From assembly GCF_964355755.1 (NCBI RefSeq), contig NC_092671.1, positions 8,742,001 to 8,806,000 on the forward strand: a stretch of DNA of 64,000 nt, read 5' to 3'. The notes beneath the pieces were generated by a model. The model was not told where the DNA came from and ran no database searches. It saw only the letters and a list, made by a program, of their open reading frames with translations. This DNA comes from Antedon mediterranea. Taxonomy: Eukaryota > Animalia > Echinodermata. This document shows, piece after piece, positions 15,101 to 30,100 of this stretch (position 1 is the first letter of the stretch; every line of letters starts with the position of its first letter). A program made the translations under genes and the position numbers.

Positions 15101-18100
15101 AAAAATAATCTATATAATGCCAGAGACTACAAAGCATAAGAGCATAACAAATATCTGCACATGCCTACAAACATATTAATATTGTGATAGCTCTCAGGAC
15201 TAACACCACACAAATCTTTAAAGCTATTACAACATGCTGGTTTACCTTGTAAACATGATCAGACGTTTGTTTATAAACAATATTACTCACCAGTAAAAAA
15301 TAGCAACAACGTATCCATGAAAGTGTATATAAAAATAAAAGAAAGTTTGTAGTAAATGTTATATCACTATAGAAAGTCAGACAAATATCCACCACCAGCC
15401 ATAGTTGCCTTAATAGTAGGACAAAACAGGCAATAAAGGACAATTTGAACTTGGCTAAAACCTATACTATATACATTTTGCATGCATGAAGTCACTTTAC
15501 AGTTTTAATTATATCAGTGAAGAGTGCTCACTCTTCTCTGGTTATACATTTATAGTAGTGTACCATTACTAGTGATGTGTGCAGAAGGGTGCATACACTA
15601 GAAACATGTCTTTGTAGTACAGTACAAGCTGTTGACCACTATGGTGTTTTTTACTCGGGGTACCCGAGTCTAAGACTTACTCGTCTTCTCTTCGTCCATC
15701 TGGACACTATTGAGTAAAAAGTGCGATTTTTAAAGTACTACTCCTCCCTTATTAGTTGTAGTATTGAGCTGTACCCAGAGTATTGCACATTCGTGCTTGT
15801 CTTTCTAAACTATACTAGAAAATTGACTACTTTCCTCTTGTACTCAAAGTAAAACCTAAACAAAACCAGATTTTCATCCATAAAGTTTTTTGGAGCACAT
15901 GTTTATAACTGCATTCTAGATACATGCAGGAAAGACCATAACCCACTGCCACATAACTTACAAGTCATCATGAATAAAACAAAACAGTAACAAACAGTAG
16001 CATATTACAAACCTTGTCTATCCTCAGCTTTGAAAAATAAAATTAATACAATATGCAGGTTAGAAAATGGTTTTAAATAATACAAAATGTTTGCCTCCAA
16101 AGCCATACTGAAATCAGATGGACAGCCAATAAAAGATTAAACAAATGATTATTGAGTTTTTGGGGGACCCTATGTTACAAATACTTTTCCACATGTAATT
16201 CTTTATTACTAAACTTGCATTAGAAATACAAATAAATGTTCATTACCATCATTGGCCATGCCTAATGGACTGTTACCCCTAAATAGTAACTTATTCTCTT
16301 CTAAAAGTTTTCTGAAATACAAACAAAAAGGGAACATGAAACTCTAGTTGCTTAAAAAAGGATTTTACATAGTATGTATTTATTTATTTGTACAAAATTT
16401 CCAAGCGGAAACCATGGGTTAATGACTCAACACAGAAGTGGGAACCTCTTCAGTGATATGGTGTACAGGACTGGTATGTAAGAGGAATAGGTTTCCTTTC
16501 TTGTATCCTTAGGCAAGATACTTTAATCTTATTATCTCATTCTTTGGATGGGACATAAAGCTGTTGGTCATGTGTATATATTGCACATATGTTTGATAAA
16601 TATATTGGTACACTATTAAAAAATAGGAAGGGATGCTGTTCTGTACACGGTTATGTACTGAAGATATCACCCAGTATAAGGAAGAAATTAAATCAACACT
16701 GACCTTGCATCCTCTAGTTCGGAATGTTGTTTTTCATACATCTTTTTAAGGTTTTCTACATGTGTTATCATAACATCAGATGCAACACTCAATCTATTTT
16801 CCTATATCAAATAAAAATTACATTACATATTACAAACATTTACATTCAATGGTTTTAATATTGTAGGCAAGATCTGAGAGTTTGTCTTAAGTTCTGTCTA
16901 CATTATCAAACTCTATGTGACAAAAAAATGTGATTTGCCCATAAATGGACATGATGATGTCATATCACTACAGTATTTGGACATCTCACTACCATATTTG
17001 TACATATAACCACTATATTTGGCCACATCACACTTTTTTGTCAAACTAGTTTGATAGTGTGGACAGAGCTGTATGCAGCTTTTCATTAAAGACATGTGTC
17101 GAACGAAGCTTATGATTATTGTGGAGACAACATGGTATTTTTAGCTCAGACACACAGTTTTGCAAAAGAGGTGTGTAACAATATACTACATCTACAAAGG
17201 AGTAAAAAGTGAATGTCTTTTAACATTACCTGATGTGTTGCTCCTAAAGATTCAGCTTTACAGCTAAGTCTATGCAATGATGAAGTTAAAAATTCAAGAT
17301 GATTTCTAATTTTATTCAAACAATCTTTAGCTTCAAGGTCTTTGCAAAGTGGATCAAGTGTCTGAAAAGAAGTCAAATAGTAGTGCTTATGTTTATCTGT
17401 ATAAGTTTTAAAATATCAAGAAAAATGGGGTACTACAGACAACAGTATATTCCCAGAAACATTTTAAGCTCTGTCTACACTATCAAACTTTATTTGACAA
17501 AAAATGTTCCCATATATGGTGATGATGATGTCATATCACTACCATATATGGGAATATCACTACCATATATGGGAATATCACTACCATATTTGGCCACATC
17601 ACACATTTGTTGTCAAAGGTAGATAGTGTAGACAGAGCTTTATACACATAAAATATAAAGTTGTTACTTTTCATTTTAAACTTGAAGCACGTTACTTCCA
17701 CATGGACTGGTGCTTAATCATATTCAATAAAAAAATGGTAAAGTAGCTGTGTAGCTGCCTGGAAACCATTAAGATGTAAACACTTTTCTTGAATTTTAAG
17801 TGTTTTCTTTGGTACCATGCAAATGTTGTTTGCTTGTTCTTATCTGTGTTTGATGTTCATGCATAGCATTAAAATAAATCAAATCAAATCAAAATATTAG
17901 TATAGGCATGTAACTATTAAAATAAGGCTTTACTAACTTGTGTTATTTTGTGAAGCTGTTGTAGTTCTTCATCAACATTGGCTTCTGCTAAATTCCGCTG
18001 CCTGTCCTGAAGATATACTCGTTTCTCCAAAGTGAACTTGTCAGTCTTCAGTGCAATTGATAGATTTAAAAACTTATCTTCTACCTCCTTCTCAGTAAGT

Positions 18101-21100
18101 ACAGGTCTATAAAAGAGAGTCGATAAGTTGGTTAAAATATCATACTAAACATTGAACTATAGTGATAAAATCACCAGGCCAAATCAATGATGTTCTAGTA
18201 AATAATGTGGTGTTACTTAGTATTGTATCTTCATTCATTCAATGGAGACTTACAAAAAGTAGAGTTTGTACACCAAGCCATATTCAGCTGAAGGTCAAAT
18301 TCCTCTCAAATAAAAAAATCTATTTTATTTTTGGAAGTTGGGACCTCTAGTATACTCATACTTACTCGTCCTTTGATTTTGCCAATCCAAGACTTCTAAG
18401 CACAGAGTCCGGTAGAAGCGCACTCAATCTCTTCACAGATTTTGACTCCCCCATTTCTGTATCTTCAGTTACAGCTTCCTCAAAATTTACTTTACGTTCA
18501 ACTTCTTGAGCAGCAACGACAGGAGCTTTTGTATGTTCAACTTCATGAGGGGCTATCAAAGAAGAACCAGTGTGTTCAACTTCTTGACTGGCCATCATAA
18601 AGATATCAGACTCACAGGGACTGTCAATCTCCCGCGCACTCTCTGTTTCCGAAGCTTCTGCCAATTCTGGCATTTTGAATACTGGTGTGCTTCTCTTTAT
18701 TTTATTTACCTGGAATTGGATATTATGATAGCAGATATGTTAAATGGATCTTATTTTATATCACAGTAGAAACTGTAGAATATGTGTATATGTTTGAAAA
18801 TACGTACACACTTAATTTACTGTTAAGATTCCAGACGTGATAATGATCTTGATACAAGTTTACAGTATATTACATGTTCACATAAGATATGCATGCATAG
18901 AAGAAAACAAAAAGATAAAGAGAGCTTGCCGTTTCGTTTGATAAACACAACTCATATTCACTGGCATATACTTATATATTTATGTCATATCTATAACATT
19001 CTTACTTTTCTTAGTTTTGATAATGGAGTTGATGCTTTGGTTTGATCTGAATCAATGGGACCAATTCCTTTAAGTATATCTGCTTTAATATCTATACCAT
19101 TATCAGCTTCTTGTACCTCCATCTGTTGTTCATCAATTGATTGCTAAAAAAGACAATATTTAGGTCGTAATAATTTCTATAAAATGGTAACTTTTCTTGG
19201 TTTGTAAAGTCAAGATAATAGTTTTATATGAGAGTTAAAATAGGCAACGAAGAAGTTGCTTCTTTTTTTTTGGTACTTTTGATCAAGGGATTTGAATATT
19301 GGTGTAATATTCATTCATTCATTCAATCTTTTATTTCAGAAACTCTGGTCCATAGAAAGTAAATTACATATAAATGAAATAAATAAAAAAAACAAAATAT
19401 CATAAGCATCACAACACAAGGAGAATGTTGAGAATTCCATGGACAGATAGAGTTAGTAATGAAGATGTGTTGATAAAAGAGCTGGAATGTGCAGGAAACT
19501 TCTGAAGGATATTAGGATTAGACAGATGAAATTCATGGGACTGTGTTGAGGAAGGGAGATCTGGAGAACTTGGCAATAACTGGAAAGATAGAAGGAAGAA
19601 GGAGCAGGGAAAGAAAAAGAGTCACTTGGTTGGCCAGCATAGCTGAATGGATTCGGAATAGAGGTGAGAATACCAAAGAAGTGGAGTTGCTGAACATGGC
19701 AACAGACAGAGAATTGTGGCACAACATGATCGCAAAAGTCTCATGATACGGCACTTTGAGAGAGAGAGAGAGCGATCACAACACTGATTCATACAAAACA
19801 GGCTTAAAGTTTGTCGGCTATTTCTTAAAACAATGTAAACAAACCATAGTTTGATCTTCTTCCAGAGTCATTTGGTTGTTGTCACCATAAGATGTGTCAC
19901 CATAAGATGTGTCACCACTAGGTGTGTCGCCACTAGGTGTCTCACCACTAGGTGTGTCGCCATCAGGTTTGCCACCAGCGAGTACTGGATTCTGTGGTTC
20001 CATTGATGCCTGTGGTGTGCTACTTCTTAATGTACGAGTAGGTACTTGGAGCAAAACTGTCATTTTAAACAAGAAATTAAACAATCAGGAATTCTTGAAC
20101 AATTGAAAGCATTTATACAGTAGAACTCCTATTAAGGGGACACCTTCAGGACCACAACAAAGTTCCCCTTTGGATGTCTACTGTATTCAACTCAATGGTG
20201 GTTAGGGTTAAATATCAACCATAAGAACAACCCTTATAGTGTAGAAGATTGGTAAAAAAACATGTTAACTACTAAGGTACAGCAATACTATGAATTTCAA
20301 TGGTGGCTAGGGTTAAATATCAACCATAAGAACAACCCTTATAGTGTAGAAGATTGGTAAACAAGCATGTTAACTACTAAGGTACAGCAATACTATGAAT
20401 TTCAATGGTGGTTAGGGTTAAATATCAACCATAAGAACAACCCTTATAGTGTAGAAGATTGGTAAACAAGCATGTTAACTACTAAGGTACAGCAATACTA
20501 TGAATTTCAATGGTGGTTAGGGTTAAATATCAACCATAAGAACAACCCTTATAGTGTAGAAGATTGGTAAACAAGCATGTTAACTACTAAGGTACAGCAA
20601 TACTATGAATTTCAATGGTGGTTAGGGTTAAATATCAACCATAAGAACAACCCTTATAGTGTAGAAGATTGGTAAACAAGCATGTTAACTACTAAGGTAC
20701 AGCAATACTATGAATTTCAATGGTGGTTAGGGTTAAATATCAACCATAAGAACAACCCTTATAGTGTAGAAGATTGGTAAACAAGCATGTTAACTACTAA
20801 GGTACAGCAATACTATGAATTTCAATGGTGGTTAGGGTTAAATATCAACCATAAGAACAACCCTTATAGTGTAGAAGATTGGTAAACAAGCATGTTAACT
20901 ACTAAGGTACAGCAATACTATGAATTTCAATGGCGGTATGGTTAAAGCATTTTTATCATGTTTTATTACAAAATATGTTTTTATTAGATATACAATTCCT
21001 ACCATTAGTTATCTGGTCACTTTCAGTGTTAGCATCACTGTTTAAATTTCGTGGAGATAGTGATCTTGACCGGTTATTATGCCCTAAATAATGAAATCAA

Positions 21101-24100
21101 ATTGAGCATAGTCTTTAAACATTAGAATTCTATTAATTCTACAAATTCATGACATTTTGGTCTTGGACTTGAATCAGTAATTTAAGTTATTGGAACAAGA
21201 TATTTTTCTTAGATCATTATAGAGAAGAAAAATAGTCATCACCAGATAGACTTTCTTTATCAGTGCTTCTATGAATGGATGATTAGTTGGGAGCAGGAAT
21301 GGTAGTAGATCAAACCCAGTATCATTCGATTTCATAATCATGAGGGAAATTACCTCATGACGAAAATTATTAACAGAATATAAGTTACCTGTTAATCCAC
21401 CACCTGCCCGCCTTCCTTTTCTATTCTTAAACCGCTCCGAGGCTTTCCTCGATTCTTCAATTAATTTAGAGTTCATTTCTTTATCGTTTTCACTTAATTC
21501 AACATTTTCCAGATTTCCATTTATAAGATCACTTACATTCACTAAAAAGATAAAAATGGTATAACACTTGTAGCCGTCATCACTGGTTTGAACTTGAGGG
21601 AAATCAAGTCGAAGCATAATTGCTTATAAGGCCTTTCAAGTTATCATGCCATTGTTCAAATGCTGTGATTTAATCCAAGCCCCATCGACTTGTCTACTTT
21701 AAAAAAAATTTAGAGTCCTCCCCAAAAACACATAATCCAAAATAGATAGAAGATAGATCGTAGTAAATAGTTCATTATACATTACATGTGATTCATAAGA
21801 TCACTGGAAAGATCAAATTCAATATTAATAACTTTTGTCAATTTTAGTTCAGAGAAACACAAAGATCACTCATGAAGACCATTCTATTTCCTGCGAAGGT
21901 TAGTTCAGAGCCGGCGGATCCACATCCAGGATGCTAAATTAGTGGGCCTAGGTTTTACAGATTTTTGTTTTCTCTTTTGCGGGTCTTGTCCTAGTTTTAT
22001 TTCATTTCAACATAAATGCATACATTATTTTTTTTTTTTACAGGTTTTAAACATTGTAAAATAAAGTACTGAACTGCCCTAATGATTTTATCTTGTGCAC
22101 TGATGTTGTATGATGACTGGTGACTGTCGTTTCTGAATTCATTATATATTATTTGCCAAGATCTGTTTTTTTCCCACACTCAGTACAGTAAATTATAACT
22201 ATGGGTGAACTATTCTAGGCTAGCTAAACCAGGTATTCATCGAACCAGATGTTTGTATAAGTATCAGATTCGATTTGAGCATTTTGGGCTGTATTTCAAT
22301 CATTTTCAGATTACTTGAATGAGGAAATATTACTCAACAGCATTAACCAGACAAATAAAAGTTGACCAAACAAAGTTGCACATATCAAACGTTACACTGG
22401 ATCTGCCACTCAAGCAATTGCCAATGGAACAACATATAAATTATTAGTTTTACCAACATTCACCAAAGAATTCCAATATATGGGATAGCAGGCTGACACT
22501 ATATTTTAAGCTCGTTTCACAAAATGTCCGTAATTATCTTTTAATTAGCAATTGCTAATAAACGGTATACCTGGTACAGTTCTCTTGTTTTTATCTGTTT
22601 GTATTCGTCGCTTTGGTCTAGGTGACAGTTTTCTAGAAGGTGTATTTACTGAACATCTAAAAAAAGTATTGAAACAAAATAACAGAAACTTCACACATAT
22701 GTTGTTTATTTGAATATTCAACATTTTATATGTTTTTGTATGTTACATCGAGGGCCCTAAATAATCCATTTCTACAAAGAAACTGAATGGGCCACTCTGA
22801 ATAAATATGGTCATAAACAAATATAAATAAACTGTTTTTTGGGAGTAGTTATGGTCCTATAATCAGAAAAGATTTGACCTAGAACCTTGGGAAAGTAGGC
22901 ACTCATCATAGCAACTTCACTTTACCAATATTATCGTTTTATAATTCTTCTGACATATCATTGAAGAAAAATAATTCTCAGATATTTGTGCCATTAGATC
23001 AAATGACGGTTTCGGAGACCAGCCTTGGGCATGTATGATGACCTAGTGGATTGTATGTTAATAATGAATTGAGTCATACATACCCATCATCATCTGTTTG
23101 GGATGATAGAACTTCAATTTGTTGAGCTGGTCTGGCATAAGAATTCGCCAATATATCAGCCATTTTTTGTGCTTCTGCTTGCCGATCCTGCGATGATTTC
23201 TATCAATTAAATATAAAACAGAATTCATATTATTTCTAGTCTTAATTGGTTATTCTAATTATCTTTAAGCCTGACATTTTCTGACCTTGTCTGGTATAAC
23301 AGAGTTTAAAATATTTGTGTGCTATTTCTGGTCAGATTTGTGTAGTTTAAATCTGAATACTTAATACTTCAAGCTGCTAATTTTTTAAGTATCAACTGAC
23401 TGGATAACATTTTTTATACATTTAAAAAAAAAAAAAATATAAATTTTCAAAATATAACTAAATAAAACTAATAGTTCATGTAAAAAGTTAATATTATGTC
23501 TACATAAATTTTATCTCAGGATTCTCAGAATATCAACTTAAATCATATTATTAACGAAGGAAAAGTACAAATATAGTGACACTGCATTAGAGAGGAAAAT
23601 ATATTGGTAGTAAAAATAGTGTAACAAAGGTAAATCACAGTTTAATGAAATTAACAAACTATTTATTGCCTTCTGTAAAGATAGTATTTCAAAAGTTTCT
23701 AGACAGAAATCATAATTATGACATCAAGAGCAAAATAAAATCAATACATACCGTATGCCAGAGTGTAATATTTGGTGGGAGAGGTGATGATCTAATATCA
23801 TTATTACAATTCTCATCAAGATTTTCTGCAATATTTGGTTGTTGCATTGCCTCTGGTTGGTCAATAAACCTAAGCATATTAATGAAAGTACTGTACATAA
23901 ATAGTAAATACAAATCTATCTTTTACAATAATTGAAGTAAACTTTTAGCATGTACAGAAGAGAGTGTAAAACATTCTCCTACAAATTAGGAGAGACAATC
24001 TATTGGCACATTTAGTTCTAATTCTTTATTTAAGGAGATAAACATCATTTCGTTTTAACCAGACCCCATCATTGGTTTTAAAAGGACCAACTTTCATTAT

Positions 24101-27100
24101 AGCTTGTAATAAAAAATAAGTAGAATTAAAGTTTCTCATAGACATCTGTATTTTGTAAAACATTACCTTGGAGGCTGATTCAAAGTTTCTTCAGGATGGA
24201 GAATATTTTGCGTGTGAGCTGGACTGAGCTCCCTTGATGATGTGCACAGTGAATAAGGTTCAGGAGATGGAATAGCTGTATAGAAAACACTATTAGTATC
24301 AGATGAATCTGAATCCTCTTCAGGCAGATGCTCAATCGCCTGTAATCGGCTAATAGCGTGTTGGCTACAATGACATGGGAGTTTCGTAGGTGTAGAGTGC
24401 GCTTCAGCAAAATATGTCTGTATGCAGAATTTCTCAGTTGGTGTGCGAAGAAGTTCTGTCTGGGTCGAGACGGAGGATCTTCTATCAAGGTAAGTGGATG
24501 AGAGGTCATATGTTGTATTGCGGTTATGGACTGTTTGTCCTGCTTGGTGGTACGGTCTGCTTGTTGACAACAAACGCTTGTCCAAGTCCAATGAAAGTGC
24601 AGCTATGAAAGAAGAATAATGAAAATCAAAATATCAATATTGTTTTGATGAAATTTAGTGTGGGAAAGATATATATGTATATACTGTAAGTTATCAGTAC
24701 CTTTTGTTCTCTGTTGTTTTTTGTTTTGTTTTAGAAAATTGAAAGTACAGTATACATTCAGTTTGGATTTTAAGGAATGTTTTAGCCTAGGCCTAGGTTG
24801 AGAACTACTTTAAGGGTACATTGCTTTTCTCTTTTTCTCATAATCAACAATAGAACGAAATTTAAGACAAGAATTGACTTGGTTTAGTGTTAGTAATATG
24901 CATTATTTTTACAAAATTGTGTATGTTTTTATTATTATTTTTAAAGTCTGACCCCGATCCATCCATAAATTAGAAAAAAACAAGTCTATCCTACAATACT
25001 GAAGAACAAAAGAGGTTGGTATTATTTATTAAAAATTCATTTTACGATTATTTATATTGAACTTGACATTAATGTGAAAAGTCATCTGTTACAAACACAC
25101 ACACACATTCAGAGAAACTATACAGTAGCTTTCCATATTTGGACATCTGGGACTAATTTAAAATGAAATATGTAAACAATTTCTGTTTTTGAAGGGTCAT
25201 AGTACTTTTATATAATGATATATATTTATCACACAAAAAGGCAAAATAATCATAGGTAAATCTTTATTATTTTTAAAATTTAATTGACATGTGGATTTAT
25301 GATTTAAAACAATGGAAGTATGAGGTGAAATATTCTCAAATAACATTCTTAGGGTAAGTTTCCAAATTTATTCTACATTCCTGATTTCAAAGTATATAAT
25401 GTAAAGCGAGTCTCAATTCATTCTGAATAAACACATTGTGTATCAGCATTATATGGTAGATTGACCAGGTTTGACCTTTCCACTCTTGACATATCTTACG
25501 AGCTATATATCCAATACCAAATTGGCGAGTAAATCATGTTTTACTTTAAATTAAATGTATACGCTCTTCCACAAGGTAAATTGTTAGTTATACATACAGA
25601 CTATATTAAAACAATGATTTTGAACACGTAGGGCATTTCTTTGAATTCTTTCCTATTGTCGTTTTGTGGTAATTTACAGCTTTTTATATGTTTAACAAAC
25701 GTACATAATCAATTGCGTCTGCATCATGCTAGACTACAACTTCCGGTAGTGACGTAATCAGCATATTTTTGGTAATAAAACTTTTTCACTAAGCTAGGGA
25801 ATCTTCTGATATCAATATTCATTAGACCGTACTTTAGTTAGCCAATCAAAATAAACGTATAAACAATTTTGCGGCGATGTTGTTGAAGTAAAATATACTG
25901 TGTTTTACAATAACCAATTTGGTTAGAGTAAAACACAATGATAAAGAATAGGAAACATTTAATAATATGATAAATGTCATTACATAGCAATTTATCACTG
26001 TGTTTTACTATAACCAATTTGGTTAGAGTAAAACACAATGATATAGAATAGGCAACATTTAATAATATGATAAATGACATTTACATAGCAATTTAGCACT
26101 GTGTTTTACTATAAACAATTTGGTTAAAGTAAAGCAGAATGATAAAGAATAGGAATTCAATAATATGATATATTACATTTACATAGCAATTTAGCACTGT
26201 GTTTTACTATAACCAATTTGGTTAGAGTAAAACACAATGATAAAGAATAGGAAACATTTAATAATATGATATATGACATTCACATAGCAATTTAGCACTG
26301 TGTTTTACTATAACCAATTTGGTTAGAGTAAAACACAATGATATAGAATAGGAAACATTTAATAATTTGATAAATGACATTTACATAGCAATTTAGCACT
26401 GTGTTTTACTATAACCAATTTGGTTAAAGTAAAACACAATGATAAAGAATAGGAAACATTTAATAACATGATAAATGACATTCACATAGAAATTTAGCAC
26501 TGTGTTTTACTATAACCAATTTGATTAGAGTAAAGCACAATGATAAAGAATATGAAACATTTAATAATATGATAAATGACATTTACATAGTAATTTATCA
26601 CTGTGTTTTACTATAACCAATTTGGTTAGAGTAAAACATTTTAACTATGATAAATGATATTTAGCACTGTGCTGGATACAGTAAAACACAAATAAAGAAT
26701 AGGAAACATATAATAATATGATACATTTACATACAAATTTAGTATTGTGTTTTACTATAGCCAATTTGGTTACAGTAAAACACAATGATAATGAAACATT
26801 TATTATATGATATTATTTACATAGCAAAATATTATATTAAACATATCTTATTATCTAAACGTTATGAAAAGAATAGGATACATATAATGTAATAATATAA
26901 TAAATACAAGTTACATAGTTTATCATCTTGTTTTACAGTAAAAGCAATTTGGTAACACAGTTAAACACAGTGATAAAGAATAGATACTGTTTTAGGTTAT
27001 ATAACCCTAACCCTAGTTTGAAGCGACATAATAAATTCATCGCGAAAAAGTACGTATCGTATTTAGAAACTTTTGAAATTTGTTAGATATGTTTAATAGG

Positions 27101-30100
27101 TTCTTACGTCTATAAAACAAACAACAAATATAAATTTCACAAAAAATTCGTGATTTTAATAATTTGCATTTCTAGAAATGTACACTTATGAAATACTATA
27201 CATTTTCCAACACATTTTTACTTCATTGATGATTCCCAGAAATCAAAATAAAACAAATTATGATATTTCTTTTACATTATAGATGTAAGAACCTATATTG
27301 AACATGTACCAAATTTCAAACGTTTTTTAAGACGATACGTATTTTTATCGATGAATTAAGTATGTGATCGCTTCAAACTAGGGTTAGGGTTAAATAACCT
27401 AACAGTTCATTCTTTAACACTGTGTTTAACTTTTAATCAAATTGGTTTTAGTACAACACAATGATAAACTATGTACATTTTATTTTTCATATTACATTAT
27501 AGGATACATATAATGTAATAATAATAAATACAAGTTACATAGTTTATCATCTTGTTTTACAGAACCAATTTGGTTACACAGTTAAACACAATGATAAAGA
27601 ATAGACACTGTTTTAGGTTATATAACTCTAACCCTAGTATAGTTTGAAGCGATCACATACTTAATTCATCGCGAAAAAATACGTATCGTATTCAGAAATA
27701 TTTGAAATTTGGTAAATATGTTCAATAGGTTCTTACGTCTATAAAACAAACAAAAAATCAAAGTTTCAAGACAAATTCGTGATTTTAATAATTTGCATTT
27801 CTAAACATTTACACTTATGAAAGACAATACATTTCCAACACATTTTTACTTCATTGATGATTCTCAGAAATCAAAATAAAACTATTAGGATATTTCTTTT
27901 GCATTATAGATGTAAGAACCTATATTGAACATATCTACCAAATATCAAACGTTTTTCAAGACGATACGTATTTTTAGCGATGAATATTAAATATGTGATC
28001 GCTTCAAACTAGGGTTAGGGTTAAATAAACTAAAACAGTTCTATTCTTTATCACTCACTGTGTTTAACTTTTAACCAAAATGGTTATAGTAAAACACAAT
28101 GATAAACTTATATGTCAATTTTATTTTTCATAACATAAAATGTTTGATATTCTTTATAATATTTAATATTATATTTTAGGCCTACTATTAATGACGTATA
28201 AATGCACACTACATCTGAAATAACTTTCTACTTCATTGGCGATTTTTACCAAAAAAAAGAACTAATTTTGTTATGTATATAGAGCAACCTATTATAACAT
28301 GTCTTGTATGATTTTTATCTCGTTTCAATGACATTTTATACTACAATTCAAATGAAAAAGCATCACAAAAAAATACGTCTGGTATTTAAAAAGTTTCTAA
28401 ACTCGGTACACAGAAAAAAGGAAATGTTGAAAATGTATGGTCTTTCATAAGTGTGAATTTTTTGAAATGCAAATAATGGAAATCATCGATTTGTCTTGAA
28501 ATTTATAATTTGTTTTGTCTTATTGAACATATCTATACAAAATGTCGAACGTTTCTGAATACGATACGTTTTTTATCTCGATGAATTTATAATGTCGCTT
28601 CAAACTAGAGGGTAGGGTAGTAACCTAACAAGTATCTATTCTTTATCACTATGTTTAACTGTGTAACCATATTGGTTCTAATAAAAAACAATGATAAACT
28701 ATGTAAATTGTATGTTTCATATATTACATTTTTGCCAAAAAAAATTATTGGGAATGTTAAATTTCTTTTTCATGACATATATCTACAAATTTCAGAAGCT
28801 TTTGAGTACGAGTATTTTACGCGATGTTTTTTTATCCTCATTTTAATATTTTGGTAATGTAATTCACATAAAGTTTTGTATCCAAAAATTGTTTATTCTT
28901 GGGTAGAAATGAGGAAATAAATAGTATTCCTGTATAATATAATAATCAATAATAAAGTATAAAAAAAGTGTTGTGTAAACGAACGTTTTTTACGCTTCGA
29001 ATTTTCTGTTACATTATGTTTGAATTGAAGCTACAGATATTGAATCATGGACCTATAAATTAGTAATTTATAGGTCCATGATTGAACATATCGTCACTCA
29101 CCACACATTTTTTGTTTTGTATTTTGAAAGTATTTATTCTAAAGAACAATTGATGCAAACATCAACTGCGTAACTTATTTCATTAATTAATTATATTAAT
29201 TATAATTTGGCGATTATTCGTCACACGAAGAGTCGAATATCGATTCGTCTCGTCATGGGCCGGAAGAAAACGTGCATTGCGCACACTGTTTACGCGCCTC
29301 AACAATAAACGGCGAATATGCGATTCGTCACTTATGGAACGCCGTTTTACACAAGTTTTTGGCGATGATAAAAATTGCGTCGATGATGAAATTGCGTCGA
29401 TGAAAATTGCATCGACGCAATGTAGATTGCGTCGATGCAATGTAGATTGCGTCGACGCAATTTACATTGCGTCGATGAAAATTGCATCGATTAAAATTGC
29501 GTCGATGAAAATTGCGTCGATGAAAACTGCATCGATGAAAATTGCGTCGATGAAAACTTCATCGATGAAAATTGATGTGATGAATTTAATTGATTATGAA
29601 AATTCCAAATGGTTTTAATTCAATCAATGATGAAATGACTACTAGTAAAGTAAATGATGATGTTAATAATGATGTTAATAATGTTATTATGTTGCTAAAA
29701 ATTGACGGTTTCTGAATATTTTGATATGATAAACATGTTTACCGCTTGCGCTAGCGCGCGTTATAGACAAGCGCACAGTGATCGCGCACTAAAACAAGGT
29801 TGAAATATATGCACTGATTAACATTTTAGTGATTTATTGTCAACACATTTTAGCAATGGATCCATTATTGTCCTTTCGGACACATTATATCTTCTAATTG
29901 CTTCCGTTAATCCACCAGTTCAGTACATAAAATCCAGAGGTCCAGCATCCATGACATCATATTCAAATCATACCGGCAGGGAGATCGCAATTTTCATCGA
30001 TGAAAACTGCATCGATGAAAATTATTTTTTTTTTCATCGATGCAGTTTTCATCGATGCAGTTTTCATCGACGCAATTTTCATCGACGCAATTTTCATCAC

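Noticed and set aside
27002-28023. Interstitial telomere or chromosome fusion site
   Set aside because: Only two-unit TTAGGG motifs, embedded in a repeated module
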